Of a DNA stretch of 64,000 nucleotides, positions 13,538-28,009 are shown one piece after another. A model generated the notes under the pieces. That model was not told the DNA's origin. It did no database searches and saw only the letters and a program-made list of their open reading frames with translations. Numbering within the stretch: position 1 is the stretch's first letter; every line of letters begins with the position of its first letter. Origin of the DNA: Octopus vulgaris (Eukaryota); assembly GCA_951406725.2 (NCBI GenBank), contig OX597825.1, forward strand, positions 6,448,001-6,512,000, read 5' to 3'. Both the position numbers and the translations under genes were made by a program.

Positions 13538-14777
13538 AATCTGATGGGTTACTCTAGAAAAGAATCAGATGGGTTACTCTATACTTTTGTACAAATTTGT
13601 TGTTCTTACACAAGAATGTTGTTGAGAGTGACTCCGAAGTTCCGGCCAGCTAATCCATCGTCAGAGAATGTATAGTAGATCAATGAATGCTTATTGCTAT
13701 TCAAAAATTTGTCCATTTTGCTTATTGCTATTCAAAAATTTGTTCATTTTGCTCGTTTCTACATAATTAACAGTAGCAAAAACTTTACAAATGTCTCTCT
13801 AAAACTGCTGAGAAAGGAATGAATCTGCTTTATTAACGGAAAAGCCTTTTTTAAAAATCAATAATTTTAATTAAAAGCATCACTTTTATCATGAAAATAA
13901 AAGATTAACTCCAAGCATCGTATTGTAATACAGTAACACTCCAACTGGCATTGTAACAACAAATCTGAGAAAATAAAGAAAATTGTAAATATCAGAAGCT
14001 CGGAAAACAGAAGGGAAAACAAAAGGAATATATTTTATATCAAATTTTTAGTTATTGCCGAGAGTATAAAAGCTGATGTTTTGAAATAGGCGTAATACAA
14101 TTGGGTCAGTTCTGATACATTCCTGGTCCTAGAACCCCGAGAAAAGAATTTTGTTCTTTATTTTAGCAACACGGAGAAATAATTTACTTTCAATATTCGA
14201 AGGCAGACATTAGAAATTAACGCTTCTTTGTTTCTGTACACGAAGACATACGTACAAAAATAAATCCCTCCGACTCCTATCCATACGAGTGAATGCAAAT
14301 CCTTAATTCATATGCTACAAATGATAATGATATCTGGGAGTATAAAATTCTGCAAGGCCTTCTTAAGATTGAAAGGATGATGGTTAAACCAAGATACTTC
14401 CCTTCACAGCCTTGCTACCAAGGAGGTGGCCGGTCAAAATTTACTTTAAATTAAAAAGAGAGAAAGAGACGACATACATCCATGTAAACATACAAGCAGA
14501 AATGAATAGAAGCATGCTTGGATACATATAAAGCAAAACTAAGACACAAAGGCGCGCTGCATACATATCGAATACAGCCACAAACGTCTAGAAACGAACG
14601 AAAGTAGCTGAACACATGCATCCAAGCAAAATACGTCTGCAAAACCACAAGTTTGATAAATCTTATGGAACCTATACATCAAATGGCGATCGCGTGCGCA
14701 AAAACGCGCAGATAAATACAAAACAGACACGCATTCATTTATACAAATAATAAATACACAAAACATACGTCAACTGA

Positions 14778-14846
<69 letters not shown>

Positions 14847-16444
14847 CTGATAGGTAACGAGCTTGCCCAAACAAACTACAATCTAATATAAGTGAAGCAA
14901 ATATACAAACGTACCAACAAATACAAGATGTTGATACAAACATACATAGAACTAGAAGATCATAAACAAGTGATGTACACACAGAAGTAAGTAGACAGCC
15001 TTCCGTGAAGGAACACTAAGTCCTGTTTTAGCATGCGGTTGAGAAAAACAACAACAACAACATCAACAACAAACGAACAAGTAGAATATTTGGAGAGTAA
15101 ATGAAAAGCCCAAACAGAGCAACGAAATATTCTTAGCTCATATGCAAACTATTGAAGCGAGTTGTGTGTTGATAAAAAAAGAGAAAATGCTATGATAACG
15201 CAAAACGAGTATTGCTTTGATCACATCTTATTTACACAAATATAACTGGAAAATTAATTTTAGCTATCGAGAGTATATATCCCCGAATCATATTGTTTTT
15301 AGAAAAAAGAAAAAGAAAAAGAGAGAATGTTATACTTACTTTAAATATACGTATGGTAGATTCAGTCTTTCCCTTATTCAAAGATATTACGTTTCATAGT
15401 TTCAGTAGAATCTTTTTTTTTTCTTTCGTCAATTATGGTTTTATCTTTCATTTTTCTCTCTCATTTTGCTTTAACTATTTTAAGTTGTGTATTTATTATA
15501 CACATGTGTTAACTCTTAAAATCTTTTGTTTCAACGTGTAAATGAATACACACACACATACGCACACACACACACATACATACATACACACACACGTACA
15601 TACATGCACATATACATCATAGTTATATTATTTAACTCAAGTGTGTGTGTATGTGTGTGTGGGTGTGCTTAAAAACCATTCTGTTTGTAAAAACCACCAG
15701 TTAACAACCAGTGTAGATGTTTATATCACACCAAGTTCAGATCAATAAAATACGTACTTGAGTTAAATAATATAACTATGATGTACGTGTGTATATATGT
15801 ATGTGTGTGTATGCGTGTGTGCGCGTGCGTGTATATGTGTGTGTGTATGTATTCTTTATCGATTTAAGTTTTTTTTCTCATTTGCAGAATTCAAATCGGT
15901 CGCTGAGTGGCATGGTTCTTTTGTTTAAACCAAGAGAACTGTTGAAATTTATGGACCTGTGGATTCATTAGTGTGTCTATAGGATTGTGTGTATGTGTGT
16001 GTGTGTGTGTGTATACACTTGATGATGTAGTGTATGTGCGTATCCTTTTAACGTACACGCGTACAATGGTATGCATGTCTATTCCATAGGAACGTGGGCT
16101 TAGGCGAAGCACCTCAAATGTAGAAACCCTGGAATGGTTTGCATGTTTTTGCTGAACCGATACTTTTCTGGAACAGAGCAACAAGTTGATTCTCGTCAAC
16201 GTCTAGAGTTTCCCAGAAAAAGGTCGACACTCTTCTTCATTGCTATCCCTCAATAGAACACCGACGTAAATGTTTTGCCAAACCCATTGTCCAGCTGGTA
16301 GAGGACTGTGGGTGCCTGACACAATTTCAAAGGCCAGGTGTTCTGTTTCGGTTTTCGATTGATCTAAAACTATGGAAATGACGAAGGAAATGATCTCTGA
16401 AAAGATGTGCTTGACAAAAAAATTATCAAACCTGCACATATGCT

Positions 16445-16504
<60 letters not shown>

Positions 16505-16642
16505 AGTGAGTGCGTCTATGAGTGTATTTATGTGCGTATATGTGTGCATCTGTGTTTGACCATTTGCGTAAATCTATTTGATAATGCACATGTGTTTGTA
16601 TGTGTATGCATGTATATTCTGTTAATGGAGGTATGTGTTCTT

Positions 16643-16706
<64 letters not shown>

Positions 16707-16762
16707 TACATATATACATATATATATATCTCAAAATAAGCAACAAGGATATCCAGAGGTAA

Positions 16763-16849
16763 TGCAGTACGATTGTTTCATGCAACTCCATTTAATTGAA
16801 CAATGCAATCATCACATCAATTTAAAATGCAGAGCAATCTTCAGCTGCA
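16763..16849 (-). ncRNA. Type I hammerhead-like motif in a PLE-related repeat spanning about 16731-16952
   Basis: tgcag-CTGAAGA-long stem II-GAAAC-AATC-GTA-ctgca; same family at 58746-58832. Confidence 0.65.
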
Positions 16850-16964
16850 CAAAGACATAGAATTTAATCAAATTAGAACAGATGGATACATTAGTGTAAT
16901 TATACCTAAAATCTCCAAGAAGTTAAGGAAATAGACAAAGAACATACTGTTCTTACTCCTGCGG

Positions 16965-17157
16965 ACATGCTGGAGCATCGCCTTTTTAGTCGAACAAATC
17001 GACCCCAGAACTTATTCTTTGTAAGCATATTACTTATTCTATCAGTATCTTTTGCCGAACCGCTAAGTTACGTGGACGTAAACACAACAACGGTTGTCAA
17101 GCGATGGTGGGGGACAAACACAGACACATACACACATATATATATATATATACATAC

Positions 17158-17213
<56 letters not shown>

Positions 17214-17370
17214 GACGGGCTTCTTTCAGTTTCCGTCTACCAAATCCAATCACAAGGCCTTGGTCGGCGCGAAGTTATAGTAGGAGACACTTGCTCAAGG
17301 TGCGACGCAGTGGGAGTGAACCCAGAACCATGTGGGTGGGAAGCAAGCTACTTACCACACAGCCACTCCT
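16965..17370 (-). mobile_element. tRNA-derived SINE family B
   Basis: GGAGTGGCTGTGTGGTAAG head, GGGTTCA box, CCTTG(G/A)GCAAGTG CORE-like motif, internal microsatellite. Confidence 0.85.
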
Positions 17371-17544
17371 GCAAAATCCTTTGCATCTCTCTCTGTTCCC
17401 AAGGCATTCTCAAACGGCTCAACCAAATCAAATCAAATTTTTACATGGTAATACTCTGAGATTCCAGGAGTGTCAACATGTGATTTTTCTGGATTAATCT
17501 ATACTGCATACAAAAATACAGACATACTATATAAGGTACGTTAT

Positions 17545-17625
<81 letters not shown>

Positions 17626-17855
17626 CTACACATCCATACCTGACGACTGACATGCGTAAAGTGTCAATACGAAATTGTATTTTCATTTCCTTTAAAACAA
17701 TACACATTTACTGTTCCATTACCAGTTAATAATTATCGCAGCAGTTGCAAGGTTTGGAAGATAAAATATAAAAGTCTTTGTCTCTCTGTACACGTGCTTC
17801 TATTTCGTTAATTTAAACTTCATGCAAAAATACAGACATACTATATACGGTATGT

Positions 17856-17930
<75 letters not shown>

Positions 17931-18382
17931 CTACACATACATATACATCCCTGACGACTTGATTTTTTTTTAATTAACCACACAGGGTCGAAACACAGAG
18001 GGGACAGTACAAGGTCAGACAAAACACAAAAGCGGGAAAAAAAATAAAATCGAGTGAAAAGAATAGTAATGATAAATGAAAAGGGGAAATGGCGTCTACT
18101 CGAACTCCGCACTCCAGTTAACGTCATTGAACGTTTTAGGAAAAAAATTTCAACAGGTGTTATTTTATTTTTGTCTCTTTCTCCTTGCTGTGTGCTACTT
18201 GTGTTATATACTCAGTGGACGGCTGATATGAGCAGCAGTTACAAGGTAAAATATAAAATTCTTTGTCACTCTGTAATAATTATTGTAGCATTTCCCGTTA
18301 AATTAGCAGTTCCATACATGTACTATTTCGTTCATTTGCTTATATTTCGTTAATTTACACTGCCTACAAAAATACAGACATA

Positions 18383-18613
18383 CTTATTTCTTTATTACCC
18401 ACAAGGGGCTAAACACAGAGGGGACAAACAAGGACAGACAAACGAATTAAGTCGATTACATCGACCCCAGTGCGTAACTAGTACTTATTTAATCGACCCC
18501 GAAAGGACGAAAGGCAAAGTCGACCTCGGCGGAATTTAAACTCAGAACGTCACCGCAGACGAAATGCCACTAAGCATTTTGCCCGGCGTGCTAACGTTTC
18601 TGTCAACTCACCG
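18383..18613 (-). mobile_element. SINE family A with 15-bp TSD
   Basis: Flanked by TACAAAAATACAGAC at 18366-18380 and 18616-18630. Confidence 0.85.
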
Positions 18614-18719
18614 TCTACAAAAATACAGACGTTCCATATACATACAACTGCTTACTAAAATAGAGGTTAATGTATATTTTTTCTATGTTTATAATATTTT
18701 GTTTACAATATTGGAAAAA

Positions 18720-19886
18720 TATGCCACGAAAGAAAAGACGTAATCTCCCCAGAAACACGAAATAAAGTAAGGACGATGGCTGGAAATCGAAGGCGAGTGA
18801 CTGAACAGAGAAAGGAGATAAGACTTTCTCAAAATCAGCAGCACGTCAAATGGAATTTCAAGAGGGAAGCAAGATGAGATTTTTCCCAAGATCAGCTAAG
18901 GCATGCCGCAATACTTAATGCTGAGTCATTAGAACAACGTTTAGCACGCTAGATTAGACAGTGGTCCAATACAATAACGCTCAGAAATAGACCACATGCA
19001 AATACGTTCTTCACAACATCAGGTGCTGCTTTCAGATATGATCCATCTTATTCTTATAAAAATGATAATTCTGTACAAATTGGTGTGTTACACTCAAATC
19101 GTCGTTTCTGCAAAGCTTTCGAATTTCCAAATAAAACTAATGGCATGTGCTGCAGCAGCTAAGATTGCCAGCACTACCAGCTCCGGATCTTTACCTTTTA
19201 ACCGACAGATTTAAAAAATAATTTTTTGTAACTAAACACTTTCAAACTTCGGACACTGGTAGAATGTGTCATATAAAACATCTATTACTCTTAGCATTTT
19301 TGAGGAACACTTATATTTACGAAGTTATTTCACGTTAAAGTTGTCCTATTTCGGTAATTTCACCCAATCAATGACGTGTATTCAGCTGAATAAAATTACT
19401 ACTGTCCGAAGTTTGAAAGTGTTTTTTGAAAGTGATTTTTTAAATCTGTCGGTCAAAAGGTAAAGATCCCCAACTCCTCTTCAACCTCTTTCAACAGTTC
19501 ACTTCCTCGTTACCGTCTCCCATTGCAGCCCATTTCTAAAATGTACCCATTTACGTACAATATCTCCATTATACCTCCATTTATTTGACTGTCAACCATA
19601 CGATGGGTCGTGTTAGACGCAGCTCTGACCACCTCAGAGGCGAGTATGTCCACTGACAGCTTTTCGGTGGGTTCGAAAACTACATACCCCACTCCCAATT
19701 TTCCATGATAGTTGAGGGCATGGAACCCTCCGAACGGACGCATTACATGACGATTAGTCGAATTAGACCATCATTTACTCCACAAATGTTTTGCCGTCAA
19801 TGTTGCACTTTCCCATATCACATGTTCCAGCATAACTGTAATTTATATAAACAAACTATACCAATTTAATTCCGAGCAACGCCGGG
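18720..19886 (+). mobile_element. Decayed Helitron: RepHel N-terminus plus 3' hairpin, internally deleted
   Basis: MPRKKRRNL; repeats TEQRKEIRL and AESLEQRLAR; Zn-finger VQIG...FCKAFEF...GMCC; CCGAGCAACGCCGGG at 19872. Confidence 0.75.
19185..19469. mobile_element. MITE with GG termini and 8-bp TSD (Merlin-like)
   Basis: TIR GGATCTTTACCTTTT-ACCGACAGATTTAAAAAA; TSD CCAGCTCC / CCAACTCC. Confidence 0.8.
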
Positions 19887-19928
19887 TTTTCCTCTGTCTT
19901 CCCTTCTCGGGATCTTTCCTTCTCCTAT

Positions 19929-19963
19929 GTTTCCGACGAAGAGCTCCGCTCGAAACGTTAAAC
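19929..19963 (+). ncRNA. Minimal type I hammerhead-like motif
   Basis: gttt-CCGACGA-A-gagc(tcc)gctc-GAAACGTT-aaac; stems I and II pair perfectly; palindromic AACGTT stem III. Confidence 0.7.
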
Positions 19964-21859
19964 CCTCCTTCTTCCCTTTTTTCCTGAGCGTCCAATAATA
20001 CTATATTTGTTCCACGTCCTCGCGTTGTTGTGTTTTTTTTGTGTTTTCTTGTTTGGATTAACACTATATATATATATATATATATATGTTTGTATGCATT
20101 CTATATATGTGTTTGTGTGCATATATATATATAGACACAAACACACATGCAACACATTTGTATACATCTCTATATGCGTATCTATCTATTTTATCATCTA
20201 TTTAATGTTTCATCGTTCCTTTACAACCTCCATTCCTTGTGCTGCCATAAATTATTTTGTCTCTTTGCCTCTCAGTCTCCGTTTAGCTTCGTTATTGACA
20301 AGTCAGTTGATTTTTCTCAATACAAACTCTGTAGCCTCTTTGAGATAGAGACAATGTGTCGCTACTAGTTTTCGAAAACTTGGTATATAATTACTTGTGA
20401 TTATTATTGCATTTATTTAATTGTATAGCCTCTGAGAAAAATGACCTCACCAATTTGTATCATGGAAACATAAAGGATGATAGATGTAATTAAATTAATC
20501 AACCTCAATGAAATTATCTCCCTAACCAACTTTCAACATTCACCGAACTACAGACGTTTGAGCTGAACATCAACTATACGAATCGAAGGACGAACCTCCA
20601 ATAAGTAATGAGAATTGCTGTATTCCTTCTGTCTAATTAATATAACGAATTGTGAAGGGACAGAAATATTTAAAATGAGAAGGTAAAAATCTTTTCCAGG
20701 ACTTTTGGCAGATTTTCAGTGTTTACCTGCTATGTTAAATATCTTGGCAGGATTCCCCAGCTAATCCGGTAGCTATTCTCAACTGCTATTTTAACTGAGA
20801 CATGTACAAGTCATTGCACTCCTCAAATTCTCAATGAAACAGCTGTAGGAAAATTGGAACACCAGATCTATGTACGAATCGTCCAATGGCTAATTGCGCC
20901 ATTTCTCTTTTATAGAAGGAAAGAAGCAAGAAATAAATCTGCACATTATATCAATGCTTAGTGCTTTTCCACCGAAACAGTACACTGATAGTTTTAATTC
21001 AATCTCCTTTTTAAAGATTAACCACAAAATAATTGTTGATCTCAGATCAGTGAAGTAAAATTTTTAGGAATGTTCAGATCATTATAGCTGAAAGTATTAA
21101 ACAGATAACTGAAAAACCTCTATTTGATTAGGATGCTTATCTTTTGTATGCAGCTTTCCCAGTAAATACACATATCAGTTTCTGTATATTTATTGAATAA
21201 AGGAAATATATAATTACATTAAACATCGCAAAATACGAAACACATGAAACAACAAAAGTGCACGAAAGAGACCTAAACTCGTGGCAGATGCAGCCTTACC
21301 CCTGAAACTATTTCACCTCTACACATCAATGTCGTAATTTGATAGACTGTAAAATAAGTCGTCTGGTTGTCTAGTTTTTCAATATTTTAAGATACTGGAT
21401 CAAAAAGCAAACAAGCAAAAATATGACAAGATCGAATCTATTGTCGGTCTTTTATACTGTTTCATTTATTCTTTCCTTGTTTCACAGAAATATTTTAAAG
21501 AGTTTTTTGATGCAGATGAACAACGGAATTTCTGATTTCAAGTTAGATAGTCTTGTATTTTATTAGATTTTCAAAATAATTAGCTATTGTAGCAGTAGAC
21601 AGATTTGGGTATGATTTATATTGAAATTTACCTGATAGAAATCTATCTCTTAGTGTGGAATAGAAATGTTTGAAGTATATTTGTGCTATAAGAGAAGAGC
21701 TCTGCAGTTAGCCATATCAAGTGAGTAACTGTCTGTTACTCAATAGTTGGCATTCTGCTTCATAGACATGATGCTTCTCTCACTAAATCAAAACCCATAC
21801 TAATAGATACGGGAGGAGAACTACAATATAACTGATGAATATGTTTATGGTACGCACAG

Positions 21860-22115
21860 AAGAAAGCTAAGGTGCATGATCTCGTTAGGATTGAAGCCGG
21901 TGATGTTCAGCTTGAAGCTGTAGAGTTTAAAGCCTGTCACAGACCTTAAATACTGGGTTAATGGCATGGTTTGGACAATGAGATACAGTAGTGATGGTGA
22001 GAGAAGGAGAAACATGTACGGGATAGGATGAGGCCAAAGTGATAATCATCATTCTATTTCAGAGAAACAGACGCCATTATGGAATTGGTTGAAGGGGCAA
22101 AAAGAAGAAAGAGTA
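21860..22115 (+). mobile_element. Highly decayed RTE-like LINE 3' fragment
   Basis: GDVQLEAVEFK, AWFGQ and LVEGAKRRK resemble RTE RT C-terminal motifs. Confidence 0.35.
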
Positions 22116-22369
22116 AAATGTGAAATCAGTATTTGTCAATCAACCTAAGATATTTTTGCTTGTAGCAGCAGTGGCACCAATCTATGGAGGTTAGCAGTAA
22201 AGGTGTTACTTGAGGGTCAATAACCAGTAACTTATCAGAGTTGAAATATTTCTGGATCTGTAAGGGAAGCATTCAGTTATTTATCATCCTTGCTAACAAT
22301 GATAAACTTTGATACAGTTCTATGATTTCAAACCAGTTCTTTCTCTGATGCTATTCAATATGTAACTAG

Positions 22370-22595
22370 AAGGTGGAGAGCTGACAAAATCGTTATCACG
22401 CCGGACAAAACGCTTGGCAGCATTTCGTCCGTCTGTACGTTTTGCGTTCAAATTCCGCCGAGGTTGGGTTGGTCTTTCATTCTTTCGTGGTGGATAAAAT
22501 AAGTACCAGCTGAGCACTGTGATCGATGTAATCGACTTACAACCCCAAACCCGTAAAACTGCTGGCCTTGTGCCGATATTTGAAACTAATATTTG
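22370..22595 (+). mobile_element. SINE family A (diverged)
   Basis: Head, core and GGCCTTGTGCC tail. Confidence 0.75.
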
Positions 22596-22719
22596 AATAG
22601 AATGAGGTCAAAACTTTAAGATAGCACTATGGATAATTCTAACAATGGTTATAATAACATAGACAAATTACTATAAGAATCACTCATTTATTAACCATTC
22701 CAGTTTACTAGTTACTTAT

Positions 22720-23960
22720 TTGCTTTATATTTCTTTTTCTTTTCAACCAAACAGTTTTCTTAATGCTTCAATTAAGATATCGTAGCTGTGAGTTTAAGAT
22801 GCTGAACTTACTTGAATATATCAATTTTTAACGGAACCGTTAGAATACCTTCGCTATCGTGCTTCATTCAGTCTGCCTGACTGACAATGACTGTTTAGTA
22901 GCTAGAAGACATCAACAGTTAAAGCTAATTGCTCCAACTACATATCAAATTTTCAAAAGATAAAACCATATACGCCAAAGTTGATGTTGACAAATGGAAA
23001 CACAACCATAAAGATAAAGTAAAAGAAGGAATTTTAATCTTTGAGCTTGGCAAAACGTTTTCAAGTGGTAACTTTACGACTTGGAATCTTGGTATTCACT
23101 TCTTCTACTAGAGAAGTACATATTTTATCAACTGTTAACACATAAAGCCAAATTGTTATGACACCACGTAATACCATACTAAATCATTCCATCTGGCATA
23201 AACTACTTACTGAAACACCTAATTAATATTCATAAGAAGATGTCAAATAATCTTCAGTTTTATTAGCACAACTTCCATTTATCTAATCATAACAATACTC
23301 TTTCATTGACTTTTTTTTTATAGCAAATAAATATGAGGTTAATTCTAATTTTAAGTTTAAATCCTCATCGTCTCTGTCTCCATCGACATTAGTAGAATAT
23401 ATTCAAGAGCAGAGATCTTGTCATGGTGTGTAGCATGATAGCGTAACTATTCAATACTATTTTGAATATTTCAAATATTTTCATAGTACGTTTTGTAGGT
23501 TAATTTATGTTTCTTGGTTGATTTCACGCAGATATTTTCATATTGATTGTTTCTTTTCGTTTCTTTCTTGAGAGCTTACTTCCTTTATATAACATTATAT
23601 ACAAATATGAACCTGAACAGATTGTTGCTATTGTGGCGATTTATAATAAAATCAGTACTTCTACTTCAGCAGACCTCATAAAATGTCTTATAAATATAAT
23701 CTTTTCGGTGTAATTCCTGTCTTTGACTAGCCTGAGATTAATGACAACCGACATGCAATGTTTCTTTCTATTCAGTGGTGCTTTACAAGGAAGGATTTGC
23801 TTTGCATTGGCTCTCCGACTCCTTATTGCATTTTACACGATTTTAATGGCGAATTCAGATGATTCTTGCTGCAAAGGTTGTTTTATGTTGGCAGCTTTGA
23901 TTTTTAGAATTTGTATTCTTTGATTCTTTGATACACTTTTATCTGGAGAGACAATGAATG
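22720..23960 (-). mobile_element. Highly decayed hAT transposase
   Basis: CSKNHLN (C..H.LN-like) followed by ILTVP...LKL, in the expected order. Confidence 0.4.
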
Positions 23961-24369
23961 TGTTCTCCTCGGCATAGACGTAAGAAGGAATAGTAACATA
24001 AGGGATAAAATATCACCTGTGTCGTAAGACCTCTCTCATTTCGCATAATGGGGTGTAGTGTAGAGAATAGGAAGTTGGCAACACAACTGGAATCATTCTT
24101 ACTTTAAGGATTCCTAAGATGACACAATGGACAACACCAGACTCTGTTCCAAAGTTGATATGAGAGATAACACCTTATGATTTATCTATAAATGGCAACC
24201 ACATATTAAATCTGACCGTCTTTCCCAGTAATGAAGATACAATTATTGATGGCAAAAGTTTCTAAACTGAAGGTGCTAAGTTGGAAATAAATTGACCCCT
24301 TGATCACAAACTTGAATCTGTGATCAAGTGGTCAGTTTATTTGTTTAGATGTGGTTGATAAGGTTGTCA

Positions 24370-25310
24370 TGTGTTTCCACTCCGATATTAGTATTGACTT
24401 CTTAACAGTCGGAGGTCATCCAACTGCCAAGTTAATTGGCCAATATCATTTGTGTAAAATCTTACCCATTCAGAACATCTCATTCCTTAACACTCATCAC
24501 TTATTTATACCTGGAATTATTATTCGCCCAACCACAATCCCCTAAGAGCAGAGTGAGCATATACTACACCCCCTCCCTTTCGTTACCTTCCTCTTTCCTC
24601 CCCCACCCCAGAACCACTTCCATTTTCTCACATCTTTCTCCAGCCATGCTCTCTCCCTTCTGCTAGACTCAATCCTTAGAAGCACAACTTTTCCTCCTTA
24701 TCTTCCTCCAGCCATGATCTTTCCTCTCGGCTATACTCCATACATCCTTACACCTCCTTCACTTCCCATCTCTTCTAATTCCCACGCATATCTAACATAA
24801 CCCTCCCCTACCCTTGACAACTCCTACATCTCTTGTCTTCAATGTTACGGTCACTTCTATCCCATCCAACCATCTCCCCTCACATTCTTACGAAATTCTA
24901 CCCTCTGAGCCCCCTGCCCGCTCATTCATTCCAATTCTCTGTATCACTTCACCTATATTTTCCCTTACTCTACCTTTGTTATGAAACGCATGTTTTTTGC
25001 GCTTATCTGTGTCATGTATATATGTTGCCTGCGTGCGTGTCTGTGATTCTCTGTGTTTCTTTCTGTGTGTGTGTATATGCCTGTATTATACAGATATACG
25101 TGTTTGCGCGTTTTTTTCTGCCCCTTTGCCTTCAGAAAGGGAGACAAATTTTTATAGCGCATCTTTATAATAATGAACAAAATTATTGTGCTCCGAAGCA
25201 CCTAGGGATTAGATTCGCTTCAAGGTTTTCAGACACAAGGTTCTATGCTTAAGGGTGCACTGGTCGAAACATTTTATAATGACAGTACTGTGTTTAGTGT
25301 AAAACCAAGG
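24370..25310 (+). mobile_element. PLE 3' end remnant with decayed hammerhead
   Basis: Weak GIY-YIG tail (SIDFLTVGG...IPGIIIR), pyrimidine-rich tract, then gtgct-CCGAAG...GAAAC-attttataat-GAC-agtac at 25188-25288. Confidence 0.45.
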
Positions 25311-25344
25311 TACACATACATACACATTTGTATTTCAATATTAT

Positions 25345-25755
25345 GTGTCGTCTGTCTTGACGTACCGAGTTCAAAATCCGCCGAGGTCGACTTTGCCTTT
25401 TATCCTTCCGGAGTCGATAAATTAAGTACCAGTTGCGTACTGGGGTCAATCTAATCGACTGGCCCCTTGCCCCAAAATTTCGGGCCTTGTTCCTAGAGTA
25501 GAAAATAATGTGTGTGTGTGTGTGTGTGTGTGTATGAAGGCGGTAAGCTGATAGAATTGTTAGCCCGTGGGGCAGAATGGTTAATTGCATTTCGTCCGTC
25601 TTTACGTTCTAAGTTCAAATTTCGCCGAGGTCGACTTTGCCCTTTATCCTTTCGGGGTCGATAAATTAAGTATCGGAGAAAGACTGGGGTCGATGTAATC
25701 GACTAGCCACCTTCCTCAAAATTGTTGACCTTGTGCCAAAATTTGAAATCAATAT
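25345..25755 (+). mobile_element. Two adjacent SINE family A copies
   Basis: Core motif occurs twice, separated by (TG)n. Confidence 0.8.
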
Positions 25756-26431
25756 TATTTGTGTTTGTGTGTGCGTGCGAGCGTGTGTCTGTGTGTGCGA
25801 GTGTATGTGTTTTCGTGCGTACGTGTGTGTATCCCTCGCAATAAAGAAGTAATGTTTCTGAAAAATCTTGCCGTGATGCAAAATTAATTTTCCTATTGAT
25901 TTTCGTATTATAAAATGATAAAATGTATTTCGAGGGATATTTTCGAAAGAGGAGAAAAAAAGAAAAATTCCAACACAGCTATTTTTATGCATGAAAAAAT
26001 TTCTAAACATAAGCAGAAGCGAAATACGTTAGGGAAATAAACACGTTTGGGAATAAACAAGAAATTTAATATCGTAATAGGGCACGTTCTGACCGCAAAA
26101 CAGGTTAACTAATGTGTGGGTGGGGGTGGGATGGGAACTACTGGGAGGGTGAACGTTATCATCTATCTTCTATCTTATAATTCATCTTCATCAACAAATA
26201 CCTGAGGGGCGAAGAGCATATTTAAAAAATTGTTCCATGTTTATGGTGCATCATGTATTTGTACGGCTCAGTGTAGAAACTTCGACAGGCTGAAACCTCG
26301 AAGCCACTCGAAGTAATGTTCATGTTTAAGAATAATAAATTGTTCACTACAAAATTTTGGAGAAATTCATCAGATTAATGTAAAATAAAATTGTTTTTAT
26401 TACAAGTGAACATAATATATTTTCATATATA

Positions 26432-26863
<432 letters not shown>

Positions 26864-27450
26864 TATTGGGTCATCCCATAAATAATGCGTTTTTTTCAAT
26901 TGCATGAGCTAAAAGTCGGAAGGGGGCGAGATAAACTATCTGCATCAACTTGCCATAAAAGCAGGTTGTAAATATCCCTTTCACTTAATCTTGGTGCAAG
27001 TTTTGAAGAGTGCAGTTCGATTTTAACAGTTGTTTTTTCAAAGCTATCATATAATGGAAGTAACAAAGGAGCATATTCGGCATATTTTGCTTTATGAGTT
27101 CAATAAAAGCAACAACGCAGTATATGAGGATCGGGCAATAAGTTTAAGCCAGTGCCAACAGTGGTTCCAGAAATTCCGAGCCGGAAACTACAGCCTAGAA
27201 GACAAGCCTCGTCCTGGAAGAGCTGTAGAGCTCGCCGAAGACGTCCTACAAACCTTGGTGGAACAAAATCCAATCGTAACTGTTGAACTAGCAGAGAAGC
27301 TTGGATTTGGTCATTCACCCATTCAATGACGCCAGCGCTAGAAGAAAAACGACCATCTTTGGTTTCAAGACGAAAGGTGTACTTCCATCAGGATAATGCT
27401 CGGCCACATACAGCATGGATGACATTCCAAAGGCTGAAGCAGTTTGAATG
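26864..27450 (+). mobile_element. Mariner element: 5' end plus internally deleted transposase
   Basis: TATTGGGTCATCCCATAA end; MEVTKEHIRHILLYEF...QQWFQKFRAGNYSLEDKPRPGR from 27054; HQDNARPHTA. Confidence 0.9.
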
Positions 27451-27966
27451 AGAGACGATACCCAACCAATCATATTCACTGAGAATACGTGTGCATGTGT
27501 ACAGATATATGAAAGCGTATGTACATTAGTATGTATGTGTATGCATAAATCATATTTAATGCAGCCGAGCTTCTCTTCTAGAACACAAATCATTTTTCTT
27601 TTCTGTTATTTAATTTTTCCAATTGCAGAGAAACTCTTCACACCTTCCTTCTTGTATTAGTTACCAAGTCAATGCTAAGAAGTCTAAAATATGCCTTACA
27701 CTTCATCGCTCAGTTCCAACAAATAAGACGAAATTAAATCTTGAATTTAAACTAGATTTCAACAATCTCTTGCAATTACAAAGTTCACTGCTCACTTGTT
27801 AAAGACTCCAGTTGAATACACGTTTCCCTTGCACCAGTTTTATTCTCTAAAATGCCTTTTGCTTTGAAAATATTTCAGTCTAAAACAATTAACCAAGCTA
27901 CAACATGATTTCGCTAAAATAGGCCACATCGACCTCAGAGCAAAATAAAATAGAGCTACATTTAAA

Positions 27967-28009
<43 letters not shown>

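Noticed and set aside
16200-16400. Possible RT relic (SPLP..NIYVG) on the minus strand
   Set aside because: Too degenerate to call by eye
20700-20915. hAT-like relic LAIGRFVHRSGVP on the minus strand (similar weak relics near 60750 and 62750)
   Set aside because: Single short motifs only; boundaries cannot be supported
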